This document shows, piece by piece, positions 40,369-51,010 of a DNA stretch of 64,000 nt (position 1 is the first letter of the stretch; each line of letters begins with the position of its first letter). This DNA is from Clostridiaceae bacterium (GTDB lineage: Bacteria > Bacillota > Clostridia > Peptostreptococcales > Tindalliaceae), in the NCBI GenBank assembly GCA_024635995.1, contig JAGXHW010000020.1, positions 4,136-68,135 on the forward strand. The letters run 5' to 3'. The position numbers and the translations under genes are program-made. The notes below the pieces were generated by a model. It was given only the letters and a program-made list of their open reading frames with translations. It was not told the origin of the DNA and ran no database searches.

Positions 40369-40883
40369 TCTATTTACAATTGCTTTATACCTTTGCAAAA
40401 ATTGGATTATTTAGCTTTGGTGGCGGTTATGCCATGCTGCCTCTCATGGCCAGGGAAGTGGTGGAATCTCACCAGTGGATCAGCTCCCAGGGTTTGGTGG
40501 ATATGATTGCCATCGCCCAAATGTCTCCCGGACCGATTTCCATCAATTTGGCTACCTTCATCGGGTACACGCAAGCAGGTGTACTGGGCTCCGTTATGGC
40601 AACTTCCGGTGTTGTGTTTTCCACGGCGCTGCTTGTGCTTGTAGCTGCCAAGGCGTTGTTGGCTAATCCAGACCACATTATTACCCGGGGTTTTTTTAAA
40701 GGCATTCGGCCAGCTGTTGTTTCCTTTGTTGCTGCTGCCATTCTGTCTCTCTACCCAGTCTCTGTGCCCGATATGAAAGCGTTCTTCCTGATGCTGGCAG
40801 CTTTTCTTGCCTATGGCAAGTTTAAATTACCCCCAATACCCATCGTAGTGGCCTCTGGCCTCATCGCCGCCTTTTTTTTCTAA
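40365..40883 (+). CDS. Short-chain chromate ion transporter (CHR), second subunit
   Basis: GLFSFGGGYAM, QMSPGPISINLATFIG; ATGA overlap with the first subunit. Confidence 0.88.
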   Translation: MIYLQLLYTFAKIGLFSFGGGYAMLPLMAREVVESHQWISSQGLVDMIAIAQMSPGPISINLATFIGYTQAGVLGSVMATSGVVFSTALLVLVAAKALLANPDHIITRGFFKGIRPAVVSFVAAAILSLYPVSVPDMKAFFLMLAAFLAYGKFKLPPIPIVVASGLIAAFFF

Positions 40884-40978
40884 AAATTAAACAAGCTGTC
40901 AGTTCAAATCAAAGAACTGACAGCTTTTTATTTATGAATTAACTAATTCCAGCCCGTTTAATCGGTTCAACATAATGG

Positions 40979-41932
40979 CTATCGGCTAGCCTTATCGTAA
41001 GGTATTCCGGCGGCCCGTGGAGCCTGCGATTTCTTAGAGGTAAAGGCAAGGACAACCAGCGTTGCCACATAGGGGGTCATTTTGTAAAAGTCACTGGGCA
41101 TACCCAGTCCAACCAGAAAAGGAATTCCGGAATAGGCTGCTGCTATGGTTTTCATCAACCCAAAGAAAAAGGCCGCTACCAGAATGCGGGACGGTTTCCA
41201 CTGGCCGAAAATCAGGACTGCCAGGGCTAAGAAGCCGTAGCCGGATACGGTGGCATTAAAGTTGGTTGACGTTGGCACCACAAAAACTAACCCGCCAATG
41301 CCTGCCAAAGCTCCAGATATCAGTACACCGGCATATCGGATTTTATACACGTTAATCCCCACAGAATCTGCTGCCTGAGGATGCTCGCCGCAGGCACGAA
41401 GCCGCAATCCAAAACGTGTATTGTACAGCACAAACCAGCTGGCCACCAAAATAATAAACCCAAGGTAAGTGGTTAAGTACGTATTTTGGAAGAGCAGATT
41501 ACCAATAATCGGAATCTCTCCCAGCACGGGCACGCTGCGAATCCGGAATTGGTTGACAAAAGGAATTTGTTGTACTGTTCTCAGCATTCTTGCCACATAA
41601 ATGGCAAAAGCGGGGGCAAACATGTTGATGGCTGTTCCACTGATGACCTGGTTAGCACTCATATTTACAGAGGCATAGGCATGGGTTAAAGAAATCAGCA
41701 TGCCGGATAAAGCGGCAACAATAAGGCCCAGTATAAGTATGGGTTGTCCCGGCAATGCCCCCTGAAAAACGTTAATAAAAAGGATGCCTGCAAACGCTCC
41801 CGTAATCATGATTCCTTCCAGGGCAATGTTAACGATACCGCTTCGTTCAGAAAACATCCCTCCCAAAGCCACAATGAGAAGTGGGATGGAAAAGAACATG
41901 GTTTGCTGGACAAGGAAAAAAATTGTGTTCAT
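40979..41932 (-). CDS. Nucleoside (Nup-type) ABC permease
   Basis: SERSGIVNIALEG, GLRLRACGEHPQAADSVG, GFLALAVLIFGQW. Confidence 0.88.
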   Translation of the reverse strand: MNTIFFLVQQTMFFSIPLLIVALGGMFSERSGIVNIALEGIMITGAFAGILFINVFQGALPGQPILILGLIVAALSGMLISLTHAYASVNMSANQVISGTAINMFAPAFAIYVARMLRTVQQIPFVNQFRIRSVPVLGEIPIIGNLLFQNTYLTTYLGFIILVASWFVLYNTRFGLRLRACGEHPQAADSVGINVYKIRYAGVLISGALAGIGGLVFVVPTSTNFNATVSGYGFLALAVLIFGQWKPSRILVAAFFFGLMKTIAAAYSGIPFLVGLGMPSDFYKMTPYVATLVVLAFTSKKSQAPRAAGIPYDKASR

Positions 41933-43089
41933 GAAACATCGCCCCCTTTCTCAGGGATATCTATATCTGGAAAAATGGTTTTTTCATCTCCGGAAGGTTC
42001 GTCTCCTTTTTTGAAAAAGGACTGGATAAAGCCTTTTAACACCAGTGCAAAGGCACTGAAGTAAATGATCACTGCAATGATGATGTCGATGACTTGTGGT
42101 ACAAAGTCATAGAGCTGCATATTAAACCCACCCACTGTTAAATGGGCCACAAAAATGCCTGAAAGTAAAATGCCCAAGGGGTGGCTTAAGCCTAGGAGTG
42201 CAACAGGAATTCCGTTAAAGCCTTCGATGGCCAGTACATCAACAACTTCAATGCTCTTACCTGCTCCGGCCAGGTACAAGAGCGCTCCTCCCAGGCCAGA
42301 TAAGGCACCTGCGATGGCCATGGACATAACAATGCTTCTTTTTTCGTTAATCCCTGCATACTGGGCTGCGTTTCGGTTGTATCCGCAAGCTTTCAGTTCG
42401 TAACCAAATTTTGTTTTATCCAGCACAATATAGATCACGACCCCAGCTAAAACAGCAATAAAAATACCGATGTTAACACTGGATGAACTGTTGCCTGTAA
42501 AAAACAATTTGTCTAAGCCCGCTTTTGGTAAAACAGCCGTTGAGGCAACACGCATAGACTGGTTACGCAATGAATCGAAAATTGTTTTAACCACCAGGAA
42601 ATTCACCATGTACATACCGATGTAGTTCATCATTATGCAGGCGATGACTTCATTAACATTATAAAATGCCTTTAACACACCCGGTACCAGTCCCCACAAG
42701 GCACCTGCCAAAAGGGCCGCTGCCAGCGCCACGATCCAGTGGGCATGTCCCGGGAGAAAACCCCATTTTACCCCAACATAAACAGCAGCGTAGGCTCCTA
42801 TGATAAACTGGCCTGCACCTCCAATGTTAAACAACCCGGTTTTATTGGCAAACCCAAAGGACAGTCCTGTTAAAATGATAGGTGTGGCAAAGTAAAACAC
42901 CTGACCTAAGTTCTTCATATCGACGAATCCGCCAAGGAGAATGGCAAGGAATCCCCTGATTGCCTGCCCGGGATTACTGACTAACAGGATCACCAGACCT
43001 ACAAAGAGACCCACCAGAATGGCCATAAAAGATGACATGAAACTGGAAAACTGTTCGCTTCTTATGTATGTCTTCCAACTAAATTTCAT
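41929..43089 (-). CDS. Nucleoside (Nup-type) ABC permease
   Basis: GLFNIGGAGQ, NEVIACIMMNY, GYELKACG, GFNGIPVALLG. Confidence 0.88.
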   Translation of the reverse strand: MKFSWKTYIRSEQFSSFMSSFMAILVGLFVGLVILLVSNPGQAIRGFLAILLGGFVDMKNLGQVFYFATPIILTGLSFGFANKTGLFNIGGAGQFIIGAYAAVYVGVKWGFLPGHAHWIVALAAALLAGALWGLVPGVLKAFYNVNEVIACIMMNYIGMYMVNFLVVKTIFDSLRNQSMRVASTAVLPKAGLDKLFFTGNSSSSVNIGIFIAVLAGVVIYIVLDKTKFGYELKACGYNRNAAQYAGINEKRSIVMSMAIAGALSGLGGALLYLAGAGKSIEVVDVLAIEGFNGIPVALLGLSHPLGILLSGIFVAHLTVGGFNMQLYDFVPQVIDIIIAVIIYFSAFALVLKGFIQSFFKKGDEPSGDEKTIFPDIDIPEKGGDVS

Positions 43090-44611
43090 TTTGATCACCC
43101 CGTTTCGAACCAGCCATATAAAGACCCAGGTCTTGTATTGTCACTTTTTCCGGATCCAATTCTGCCACAATTTCCCCTTCATAAATCACTAATATACGAT
43201 CGCTGAGATTCATGACTTCGTCCAACTCAAGAGACACCAAGAGTATTCCCCTGCCTTCATCCCGTTCTTCAACCAGCGTTTTGTGGATGTATTCGATGGC
43301 CCCCACATCCAACCCTCTTGTTGGCTGTACTGCAATTAAAAAATCCGGATCCCGGTCGATTTCCCTGGCAACAATGGCTTTCTGCTGATTACCCCCAGAC
43401 ATACTTCTCACCGGGGTTTTTGATCCCTGACCGCTTCTGATATCAAATTTTTCGATCAGCTCATCAGCGTATTCATAAATCTTATCGTATTTCAAGAATC
43501 CGTGTTCCTGAAATCCTTCTGTAAAATACCTCTGTAACACAAGGTTATAGGCCAGGTTATAATCCAGTATCAGACCGTGTTTATGCCGGTCTTCGGGGAT
43601 ATGACCCAACCCTGCTGTGTTTCGTTTTCGGATAGAGGCTTTTGTTATATCCTGCCCTTTCATTTCGATTTTACCGGACTCAGGTTGAAGCAGGCCTGTT
43701 AATGCATACACCAGTTCGGATTGTCCGTTGCCGTCAATCCCTGCAAGACAGACAATCTCTCCGACGCGTACCTCAAAAGACACATCATTGACCACCAGTT
43801 TATGGGATAGTTGATTCCTGACATTTAGGTGCTGTACGCTGGCGATGACGTCCCCCGGCTTCGCTTCACCTTTGTCAATCATCAGGTCCACCTTACGGCC
43901 CACCATCATCTCCGACATTTCTTCTTTCGTAGTGTCCGCCACTTCCACCGTACCAATATGCTTTCCTTTGCGTAATATAGTGCAACGATCTGCCACATTT
44001 TTGATTTCGTTTAATTTATGGGTTATGAATAGAATGGTCTTGTCTTCCGATACCAATTCTTTCATTATTTTCATCAATTCATCGATTTCCTGGGGTGTTA
44101 ACACAGCCGTTGGTTCATCAAAAATGAGAATTTCATTCTCGCGGTATAGCATTTTTAGTATTTCCACCCGTTGTTGCATCCCCACACCGATATCCGATAT
44201 AAGTGCGTTAATATCTACTTTCAGTCCATATCTTTCGGACAGACTTTGAACATTCTCGGCAGCTTCACCCGTTTTTAACCTTCCGCCTTCAACTGTTTCA
44301 GCGCCAAGTATTATGTTTTCCAATACCGTAAAATTATGTACCAACTTAAAATGTTGGTGAACCATACCAATTCCCAGCCGGTTGGCATCATTGGGGTTTT
44401 TAATGTTGACTGTTTCACCGTTTTTCTTAATGATGCCTTTTTCCTGTTGGTATAAACCAAAAAGAACACTCATTAATGTGGATTTCCCCGCACCATTTTC
44501 ACCCAATAGCGCGTGAATTTCACCTTTTTTCAAACGCAGTGTGATATCGTCATTGGCGACAATGCCCGGAAATTCTTTCCTAATATTGCACATTTCAATG
44601 ATATATTCCAT
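43079..44611 (-). CDS. Nucleoside ABC ATP-binding protein
   Basis: VANDDI, GENGAGKST, IPEDRH, MSGGNQQK, QPTRGLDVGA; ATG at 44611. Confidence 0.9.
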   Translation of the reverse strand: MEYIIEMCNIRKEFPGIVANDDITLRLKKGEIHALLGENGAGKSTLMSVLFGLYQQEKGIIKKNGETVNIKNPNDANRLGIGMVHQHFKLVHNFTVLENIILGAETVEGGRLKTGEAAENVQSLSERYGLKVDINALISDIGVGMQQRVEILKMLYRENEILIFDEPTAVLTPQEIDELMKIMKELVSEDKTILFITHKLNEIKNVADRCTILRKGKHIGTVEVADTTKEEMSEMMVGRKVDLMIDKGEAKPGDVIASVQHLNVRNQLSHKLVVNDVSFEVRVGEIVCLAGIDGNGQSELVYALTGLLQPESGKIEMKGQDITKASIRKRNTAGLGHIPEDRHKHGLILDYNLAYNLVLQRYFTEGFQEHGFLKYDKIYEYADELIEKFDIRSGQGSKTPVRSMSGGNQQKAIVAREIDRDPDFLIAVQPTRGLDVGAIEYIHKTLVEERDEGRGILLVSLELDEVMNLSDRILVIYEGEIVAELDPEKVTIQDLGLYMAGSKRGDQNEI

Positions 44612-44740
44612 TCCCTCACCCCTTATCACTGCTTCACAACATGCTGTACCACACTTTAAATTGACCCTATATTGGATAAAGAGGGGTCTGCGGCATGGCA
44701 CAGATCCCTCTTATTTAACTACTCATGCTCCGGTATCAAA

Positions 44741-44805
44741 AACAGGATTCTTAGCTTCTGGTAGCGTTTTACCATCAGAAGGTTAGAATGCGTTATCCCG
44801 GGACG
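44741..44805. repeat. Dispersed hairpin repeat, copy B
   Basis: Same 18-nt start and 17-nt end as 17820-17879, continuing with CGGGACG. Confidence 0.8.
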
Positions 44806-44819
44806 ATTGTTCAAATAGA

Positions 44820-45986
44820 TTAGTCTACCACTGTCACCGATACAGCACTTGTTTCAATGTCGCTGGCACTTTCAACATCGGTGTCAACAACCATGCTGCT
44901 GGCAATGCCATCTGTATCGTCTACCAATTTGCCAAATATTTCATCATAGTTTTCCTGAGAGAAGCTTTCAAAACGTGATGTTTCCATGGGAAGCGCTACG
45001 CCGTCATTGGAAGCGTCCATGACCAGGGTTTCTCCACCCGGGAAGGATCCGGCATAGTTATCTTCCAGCACTGAGTAAACAGAGGCGCCTAAACCTTTCA
45101 TGGCTGATGTGATAACGGTTTCTGATTCGCCGGACTGGTCGATGTCAACACCGATTACTTTGGCGTCAGCCTGCTCAGCCGCAGCCATGACAGAGTTTCC
45201 TACGGCTCCGCCTGCAGCGAAAATCACTTCAACCCCTGATTGGAACCAGGAAGCAGCCAATGTTTGAACCTCTGGTGTTGCATCAAATCCACCAGTGTAG
45301 TGATAGTTTAAAGAAATGGATCCTGGCTCAAGACCAAGTTCTTCAGCTGCATATTCTGCACCCTGCACAAAACCGTATCCAAAACGTACCACTGCAGGAA
45401 CAGCCATACCACCCATGAAACCAAGATCACGGTTTCCATCCATTACTGCTGCATACCCTGCCAGGAACCCAGCCTGGTCTTCAGCGTACAGAACACCTAC
45501 AACATTACCTTCTGTTCTAAACTCGGAATAATCTGCACTGTGAGGCACCCCATCAATGAGAATAAAGTTTGTGTCCGGGTATTCGTCCTGTGCGATAAAA
45601 ATTGGCTCTTCAAAGAGGAACCCAGGTGTCACAATCACTTTCGCACCACCTCTAACTGCCAGTTCAATCGCTGAAAGATAAGCGTCCGTGCTTTTTTCAG
45701 AAGGCTGATAGTACTTGTGAGAAATATCATTGTCCACAGCATAATCTCTCATGCCTTCCCAAGCTCCCTGGTTGAAGGACTTGTCGTCGATGGTCCCGAT
45801 GTCTGTGATCAGAGCCAGTTCAAATGTACCGTCTTCTGCCGGTTCTTCTGCTGCCGGTTCTTCTGCTGCTGGTTCTTCTCCTGCTGGTTCTTCTGGTGCC
45901 GGCTCCTCTGCTGGGGCTGGTGATCCGCATGCTGCCAGTGACAAGGTCATCATGAGGATCAATAATAAGGCAATACTCTTTTTCAT
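44820..45986 (-). CDS. BMP-family nucleoside-binding lipoprotein
   Basis: Lipobox LAAC, IDDKSFNQGAWEG, GFLAG, IGVDIDQ, TSAMK; EEPAA repeat linker. Confidence 0.92.
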   Translation of the reverse strand: MKKSIALLLILMMTLSLAACGSPAPAEEPAPEEPAGEEPAAEEPAAEEPAEDGTFELALITDIGTIDDKSFNQGAWEGMRDYAVDNDISHKYYQPSEKSTDAYLSAIELAVRGGAKVIVTPGFLFEEPIFIAQDEYPDTNFILIDGVPHSADYSEFRTEGNVVGVLYAEDQAGFLAGYAAVMDGNRDLGFMGGMAVPAVVRFGYGFVQGAEYAAEELGLEPGSISLNYHYTGGFDATPEVQTLAASWFQSGVEVIFAAGGAVGNSVMAAAEQADAKVIGVDIDQSGESETVITSAMKGLGASVYSVLEDNYAGSFPGGETLVMDASNDGVALPMETSRFESFSQENYDEIFGKLVDDTDGIASSMVVDTDVESASDIETSAVSVTVVD

Positions 45987-46070
45987 TTTTTTCCCTCCTG
46001 ATCATTTTTATATGTGATTAGCTTGCACGATGAGATAGACTCATTCATCGTTCAAGGTAGTGCCACTTTA

Positions 46071-46736
46071 TTAATACCCAGAACTTTCTCCTTTAGTCAA
46101 AAGAGATACCGCACTGCTAGTGCCAATCCTGTCGCAACCCGCCTCAATAAACTTTATCAAGTCTTCTTTTGAGCGTATGCCGCCTGCTGCTTTTATCTTA
46201 ACTTCGGGTCCAATGTGTTTTCTAAAAAGGAGGATATCTTCGTACACGGCCCCGTCGGTTCCAAAACCTGTTGATGTCTTAATATAATCGGCTCCACCCC
46301 TGGTAATCAGGTCACACAAAATAATTTTTTCATCTTCCGTTAAATAGCAAGTTTCTATGATCACTTTTAGAATTTTGCTTCCGATAGCACTTTTGATAGC
46401 AGCGATTTCGCTAACAATTTTATCATGATCACCATTTTTGACATCGCCCACATTAATGACCATATCAATTTCATCTGCTCCGGATTTAACAGCCTCTTCA
46501 GCTTCGGCAACCTTTACTTGAGAGGTATGGTACCCCAACGGGAAACCAATGACTGTACAAATCGTAAGTTGTCCAGAAAAGGACTGTTTGATGCGTCTGA
46601 CATAAGAGGGCGGTATACACACAGAAGCAGTCTGGTATTCAATGGCTTCCCTGCATAATGTTTGTATGTCTTCCCAATTGGCTGTTGGTTTTAAAAGTGT
46701 ATGATCCACATGCTTTAAGATGTCAGCATTGTCCAT
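46071..46736 (-). CDS. deoC: Deoxyribose-phosphate aldolase
   Basis: VDHTLLKP, VIGFPLG, EIDMVIN, KVIIET, IKTSTGF, KAAGGIR, RIGTS. Confidence 0.96.
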   Translation of the reverse strand: MDNADILKHVDHTLLKPTANWEDIQTLCREAIEYQTASVCIPPSYVRRIKQSFSGQLTICTVIGFPLGYHTSQVKVAEAEEAVKSGADEIDMVINVGDVKNGDHDKIVSEIAAIKSAIGSKILKVIIETCYLTEDEKIILCDLITRGGADYIKTSTGFGTDGAVYEDILLFRKHIGPEVKIKAAGGIRSKEDLIKFIEAGCDRIGTSSAVSLLTKGESSGY

Positions 46737-46759
46737 GTCGTCCCTCCTTGTTACTCTGT

Positions 46760-46804
46760 ATTACAACTCTATGGTACTGGATTACAACTCTATGGTACTG
46801 GATT
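46760..46804. repeat. Perfect 21-bp tandem duplication in the deoC leader
   Basis: ATTACAACTCTATGGTACTGG twice, followed by ATT. Confidence 0.9.
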
Positions 46805-46929
46805 TTAGTGAACATGTCAACAAATAATTGGATTATACTAACAATCTCATCGATTAGTTTGCATATTATTACATCTATATGCCTTATAATTAAATTTTAT
46901 GTTGTTATTTTTTCATTTTATAACTATAA

Positions 46930-46945
46930 TGTTATTATAGCAACA
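46930..46945. promoter_or_regulatory. Putative DeoR operator at the deoR promoter
   Basis: TGTTATTATAGCAACA resembles the TGTTA-N6-TAACA DeoR palindrome and overlaps TATAAT at 46925-46930. Confidence 0.55.
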
Positions 46946-46990
46946 TTGTATTTTGGAGTTTCAAGATGTTGATCGCCGGGAGGTGTCGTT

Positions 46991-47782
46991 GTGGGTAAAC
47001 GGGAATCACGTATTCATTCCTTGACAGAAATCTTACAAAGCAAGGGTTATGTTTCCATAAAAGAACTGGCAAAACATTTGCATGTATCCGAGATGACCAT
47101 TCGCAGAGATTTGGCGATACTGAAAAAAAAACATGTGGCCGAAAATGTTGGAGGAACTGCTTTTTATCGCCCAGCTTCCACCGGCTCACTAAACGACCCT
47201 GATTATAACCTGTCTGAAGAATTGGTGAAACAAAACATACAAAAAAATAACATTGGCCGGTTTGCCGCTTCGCTGATTGATAAAGATGACATTGTCATCA
47301 TCGATACCGGCACAACCACTGAAAAAATAGCACCCTTTATACCTGAAAACCAGAATATTACCGTTTTGTGCTACAGTACTAATATTTTACAGGAACTTCA
47401 CCCCAAAACCAGTATACAGTTGCTTTTTGCAGGTGGTTTTTACCATCCAAAAACCCAGATGTTTGAAAGTTCTCAGGGAATAAACTTTATCCAAAGCATA
47501 CGCGCTAAAAAAGTTTTTATTTCTGCAGCAGGCATTCATCCGGAACTTGGGGTTACTTGTGTCAACAACTATGAAGTGCCTACAAAACATGCAATTTTGA
47601 AATCATCATTGCAAAAAATACTTGTGGCAGATTCCAGTAAGTTTGATAAGATAAGGCCTGCCTATTTTTGTGATTTGCAGCAAATTAACACCGTCATTAC
47701 CGATGACGGCGTACCGTCCCATTGGATTGATATTATGGAATCAGAGGGAATTCAGGTTCATATTGTCCCCTCTGTCAAATAA
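46991..47782 (+). CDS. deoR: DeoR/GlpR-family repressor
   Basis: VSEMTIRRDL, IDTGTTT, ADSSKF; divergent from deoC and the nucleoside ABC genes. Confidence 0.85.
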   Translation: MGKRESRIHSLTEILQSKGYVSIKELAKHLHVSEMTIRRDLAILKKKHVAENVGGTAFYRPASTGSLNDPDYNLSEELVKQNIQKNNIGRFAASLIDKDDIVIIDTGTTTEKIAPFIPENQNITVLCYSTNILQELHPKTSIQLLFAGGFYHPKTQMFESSQGINFIQSIRAKKVFISAAGIHPELGVTCVNNYEVPTKHAILKSSLQKILVADSSKFDKIRPAYFCDLQQINTVITDDGVPSHWIDIMESEGIQVHIVPSVK

Positions 47783-47880
47783 TTTCTTAACCTCAAAACT
47801 CCCCTCTGAGCAGTCCTGACCATTCATTTCAGGTGCCTGTTAAAGGGGAGTTTTTTACTTGGTTCTGTTTTTTTGGCTCA

Positions 47881-49614
47881 TTAACCTCCAGCGATAGGGT
47901 GAATAATTTTAACATCATCACCATCGTTGATGGTCAATTCTTCGAATTGTTGTTCTCTATATTGTCGGTGAAGTGCCATTTTCTCCTCTACAGATTTGCC
48001 TTCAGGATCAATGCCCATTTTTTCTACCAACTGCTGATCATACCGGTCGTGCCTGGACAAATATTCCTCTTTTGTGGCAGGCCCCAGAGAGCGATAAGGC
48101 GGTTTGTCAAATTCCCTCGTTCCAAAGCCCAGTTTCAGTGCAAAAACACGCTGGAAGTTATACACTCTTTCAGATTGACGAATTAATTCTTCCTTGTCAA
48201 TGTTTTTGCCTGTCACACTATTGTATAATTCGACGTAATTCTGGACATGCTCCGGTACTTTCGCCGGCTCGTCAGTTTGCTTATTGTCGGCGGGTTCAAT
48301 GTCATTCCATGGTAATTTGCAGAGGCCTTATAACCCAAACCAGGTTCTGAACATAGGGAAATAGTGAAGGGCTTCCGCCTTGTCTTCAAAAGTGGGAATC
48401 AAATTGTTAACCATATCTGTAAAGATCACCCAGGCTTCTTCATGCTGCGGGCCCTTGTTGGTCAGTGCATACCCGCCCTGCTGTGCCAGGGATTCTTTGG
48501 ATATGTACTGGGAATACTCCATCCCCTTGCACTCCATACCTATGGCATCGAGAAATTCCTTGTCAGCTCCGTATTCATCAATGAATCGTTTTTTAAGTTT
48601 CTTAACGCCCAGTCCAGCATATTTGCCGAATCCTTCGCCCTTGGCCACCTGATGCAATAATTCCATGGCTGCGTCCCGGTTTCCGAAAAACAATTCAAGT
48701 CCACCGGTGATTTCTTTGTTGATGATATCATTTTCATAACACTCCATTAAGAAAGCCATGGTGGTTCCCCAGGAAATGGTGTCGATCCCGTAAGTATCAC
48801 AATAGAAATTGCATTCGATGATATAATCCATGTCAAAAATGCCACAACAACTGCCGACACCCGCAACGGTTTCGTATTCCACACCATCCACCAATACTTT
48901 ATGCCCTTTGTAGGGTCCTGACTTTAATTCAAAATTGTCACACGCCTTGGCACATGCCAGGGAACACCCATACCAGCATCCATCAGGCACATTTTGGGTG
49001 ACATATGTCTTAAGAATATCAGAACTGATTCTCCAGGTTTCCGGACTATACCCATATTTGAAATTGTTTACGGGAAGCAAGTCATAGTCATTCATGATTT
49101 CCAACAGGTTGGCTGTTCCCACCTGACGTTTTCTCGTTTGAACATCGTCATAGTCGTGGATTTCCTTGTGAAGCTTGATGCCCAGCTTCTGGATTTTTTT
49201 TATGTCAGCAGGGTGGTTTGAATCTCCACGAACACCCTTGTACTTAATGACAATGGCTTTCACTTTTTTGTGTCGGAATACAGTGCCAATGCCGCCGCGA
49301 CCTGTTTGTTTAAAACGTTGACTGCCTCTTCTCTTGTCATAAAAACTGAAGTTCAACAACCCAATCATGGCGTGTTCCGCAGCTACCCCGGAAGAAACCA
49401 CGGAAATATTCCTTTTGTCTTCTTCATCATCGGCATATAGGGCCGTTAATTCCTCTGCCAGAATATGACTGTTCAGTTCTTCCAGGGGAGCCTTTTCAAT
49501 GCTGATGGTACCTTCATTACCGTTAATGCAGATGATAATCTCCTCTTCTGATTTGCCCTGAAGTTCAAGGACATCCCATATCCCCATTGTCCAATCTTCG
49601 ACACCATGCCTCAA
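47881..49614 (-). pseudogene. Decayed aldehyde:ferredoxin oxidoreductase fused to a MoaD/ThiS tail
   Basis: AOR motifs GRGGIG, CWYGCSLAC, EYET, DTYGIDTIS; N-terminus missing; in-frame TAA at 48328-48330 followed by GLCKLPWND; ends in NDGDDVKIIHPIAGG. Confidence 0.85.
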
Positions 49615-49718
49615 TTTCCTGCTTCTAACATGGTATTTGACAGAATTATTTTGTTTTTATTTCATTAAAAAACAGCAGAGTTATTATTTCTGCTCCGCTG
49701 TTGATGGTTGTTTTTAAA

Positions 49719-50993
49719 TTAAGAGGCTGTCTCTTCTTTGACCTTTTTCTTACCTTTGTTTTCAGGCTTCTGTAAAATAACGGTGGGTGTTACGTTATTT
49801 TTAACCGTTTCTTTAGTTATGACCACTTTCTCAACATCGTCACGCGAAGGAATATCGTACATAATTTCCATCATGATGTTTTCCATGATCCCCCGAAGGC
49901 CTCTGGCACCAGTCTTTGTTTCCTTTGCTTTTTTGGCAATCAGCTCATAAGCACCTTTCTCAAAATCAAGGGTAACCTGATCCAGTTCAAAAAGTTTTTG
50001 GTACTGTTTAACCAGAGCGTTTTTAGGTTCTGTCAAAATGCGTATAAAGGCATCCTCATCAAGCAGGTCAAGGGTGGCCACCACTGGCAACCTTCCAACT
50101 AACTCAGGAATCAACCCATATTTCAATAAATCTTCCGGCAGTATCATTTTGAGAAGTACACCGATGTCCAGTTCTTCTTTGCTTTGGATTTCAGCGCCAA
50201 AACCCATGGCTTTAGTACCGACTCTTTTTTGGATGATTTTTTCAATGCCATCAAAAGCACCCCCGCAAATAAAGAGGATGTTGCTGGTATCGATCTGAAT
50301 GAATTCCTGGTGTGGGTGCTTTCTGCCTCCCTGAGGAGGAACCGATGCAACAGTACCTTCCAGAATTTTCAGTAACGCCTGCTGAACACCTTCACCGCTG
50401 ACATCTCGTGTGATGGAGGGATTTTCAGATTTTCGCGCAATTTTATCCATTTCATCAATGTATATGATCCCTTTTTCAGCCTTTTCGATGTCATAATCTG
50501 CTGCCTGGATGATTTTAAGCAGAATGTTTTCCACGTCTTCACCCACATAACCTGCCTCTGTCAAAGAGGTGGCATCGGCAATGGCAAAGGGTACATTTAG
50601 CAATTTGGCCATTGTTTGAGCCAGCAGGGTTTTACCCGAACCGGTAGGGCCCAGCAGTAAAATGTTGCTTTTTTGCAGGTCCACGTCATCGGTTTTATTG
50701 TCTGCATTGATCCGTTTATAATGATTATAGACTGCTACAGACAGTGTTTTTTTCGCATGTTCCTGTCCGATCACATACTGATCCAGAATATCTTTTATTT
50801 CTCTTGGTTTTGGCAGGTCCATCAAATCAACTTCGATGGTATCGTCCAGCTCTTCCTGAATGATTTCCTGGCACAGCTCAATGCACTCATCACATATATA
50901 CACGTTAGGGCCGGCGATCAACCTTCTCACCTGGTCCTGTGATTTCCCGCAAAAGGAACATTTCAGCTGTTTTTTTTCTTCATAGCGTGCCAT
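49719..50993 (-). CDS. clpX: ATP-dependent Clp protease ATPase ClpX
   Basis: CSFCGK zinc finger, [32 protein letters not shown]. Confidence 0.98.
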   Translation of the reverse strand: MARYEEKKQLKCSFCGKSQDQVRRLIAGPNVYICDECIELCQEIIQEELDDTIEVDLMDLPKPREIKDILDQYVIGQEHAKKTLSVAVYNHYKRINADNKTDDVDLQKSNILLLGPTGSGKTLLAQTMAKLLNVPFAIADATSLTEAGYVGEDVENILLKIIQAADYDIEKAEKGIIYIDEMDKIARKSENPSITRDVSGEGVQQALLKILEGTVASVPPQGGRKHPHQEFIQIDTSNILFICGGAFDGIEKIIQKRVGTKAMGFGAEIQSKEELDIGVLLKMILPEDLLKYGLIPELVGRLPVVATLDLLDEDAFIRILTEPKNALVKQYQKLFELDQVTLDFEKGAYELIAKKAKETKTGARGLRGIMENIMMEIMYDIPSRDDVEKVVITKETVKNNVTPTVILQKPENKGKKKVKEETAS

Positions 50994-51010
50994 GATTACA
51001 CCTCATTTAC

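Noticed and set aside
45841-45915. 15-bp periodic repeats considered as a CRISPR-like or VNTR array
   Set aside because: They encode the EEPAA linker of the BMP lipoprotein; there are no spacers and no cas genes.
48328-48330. Possible recoded stop (Sec/Pyl) in the AOR remnant
   Set aside because: The codon is TAA, not TGA or TAG, and the gene is also truncated at both ends.
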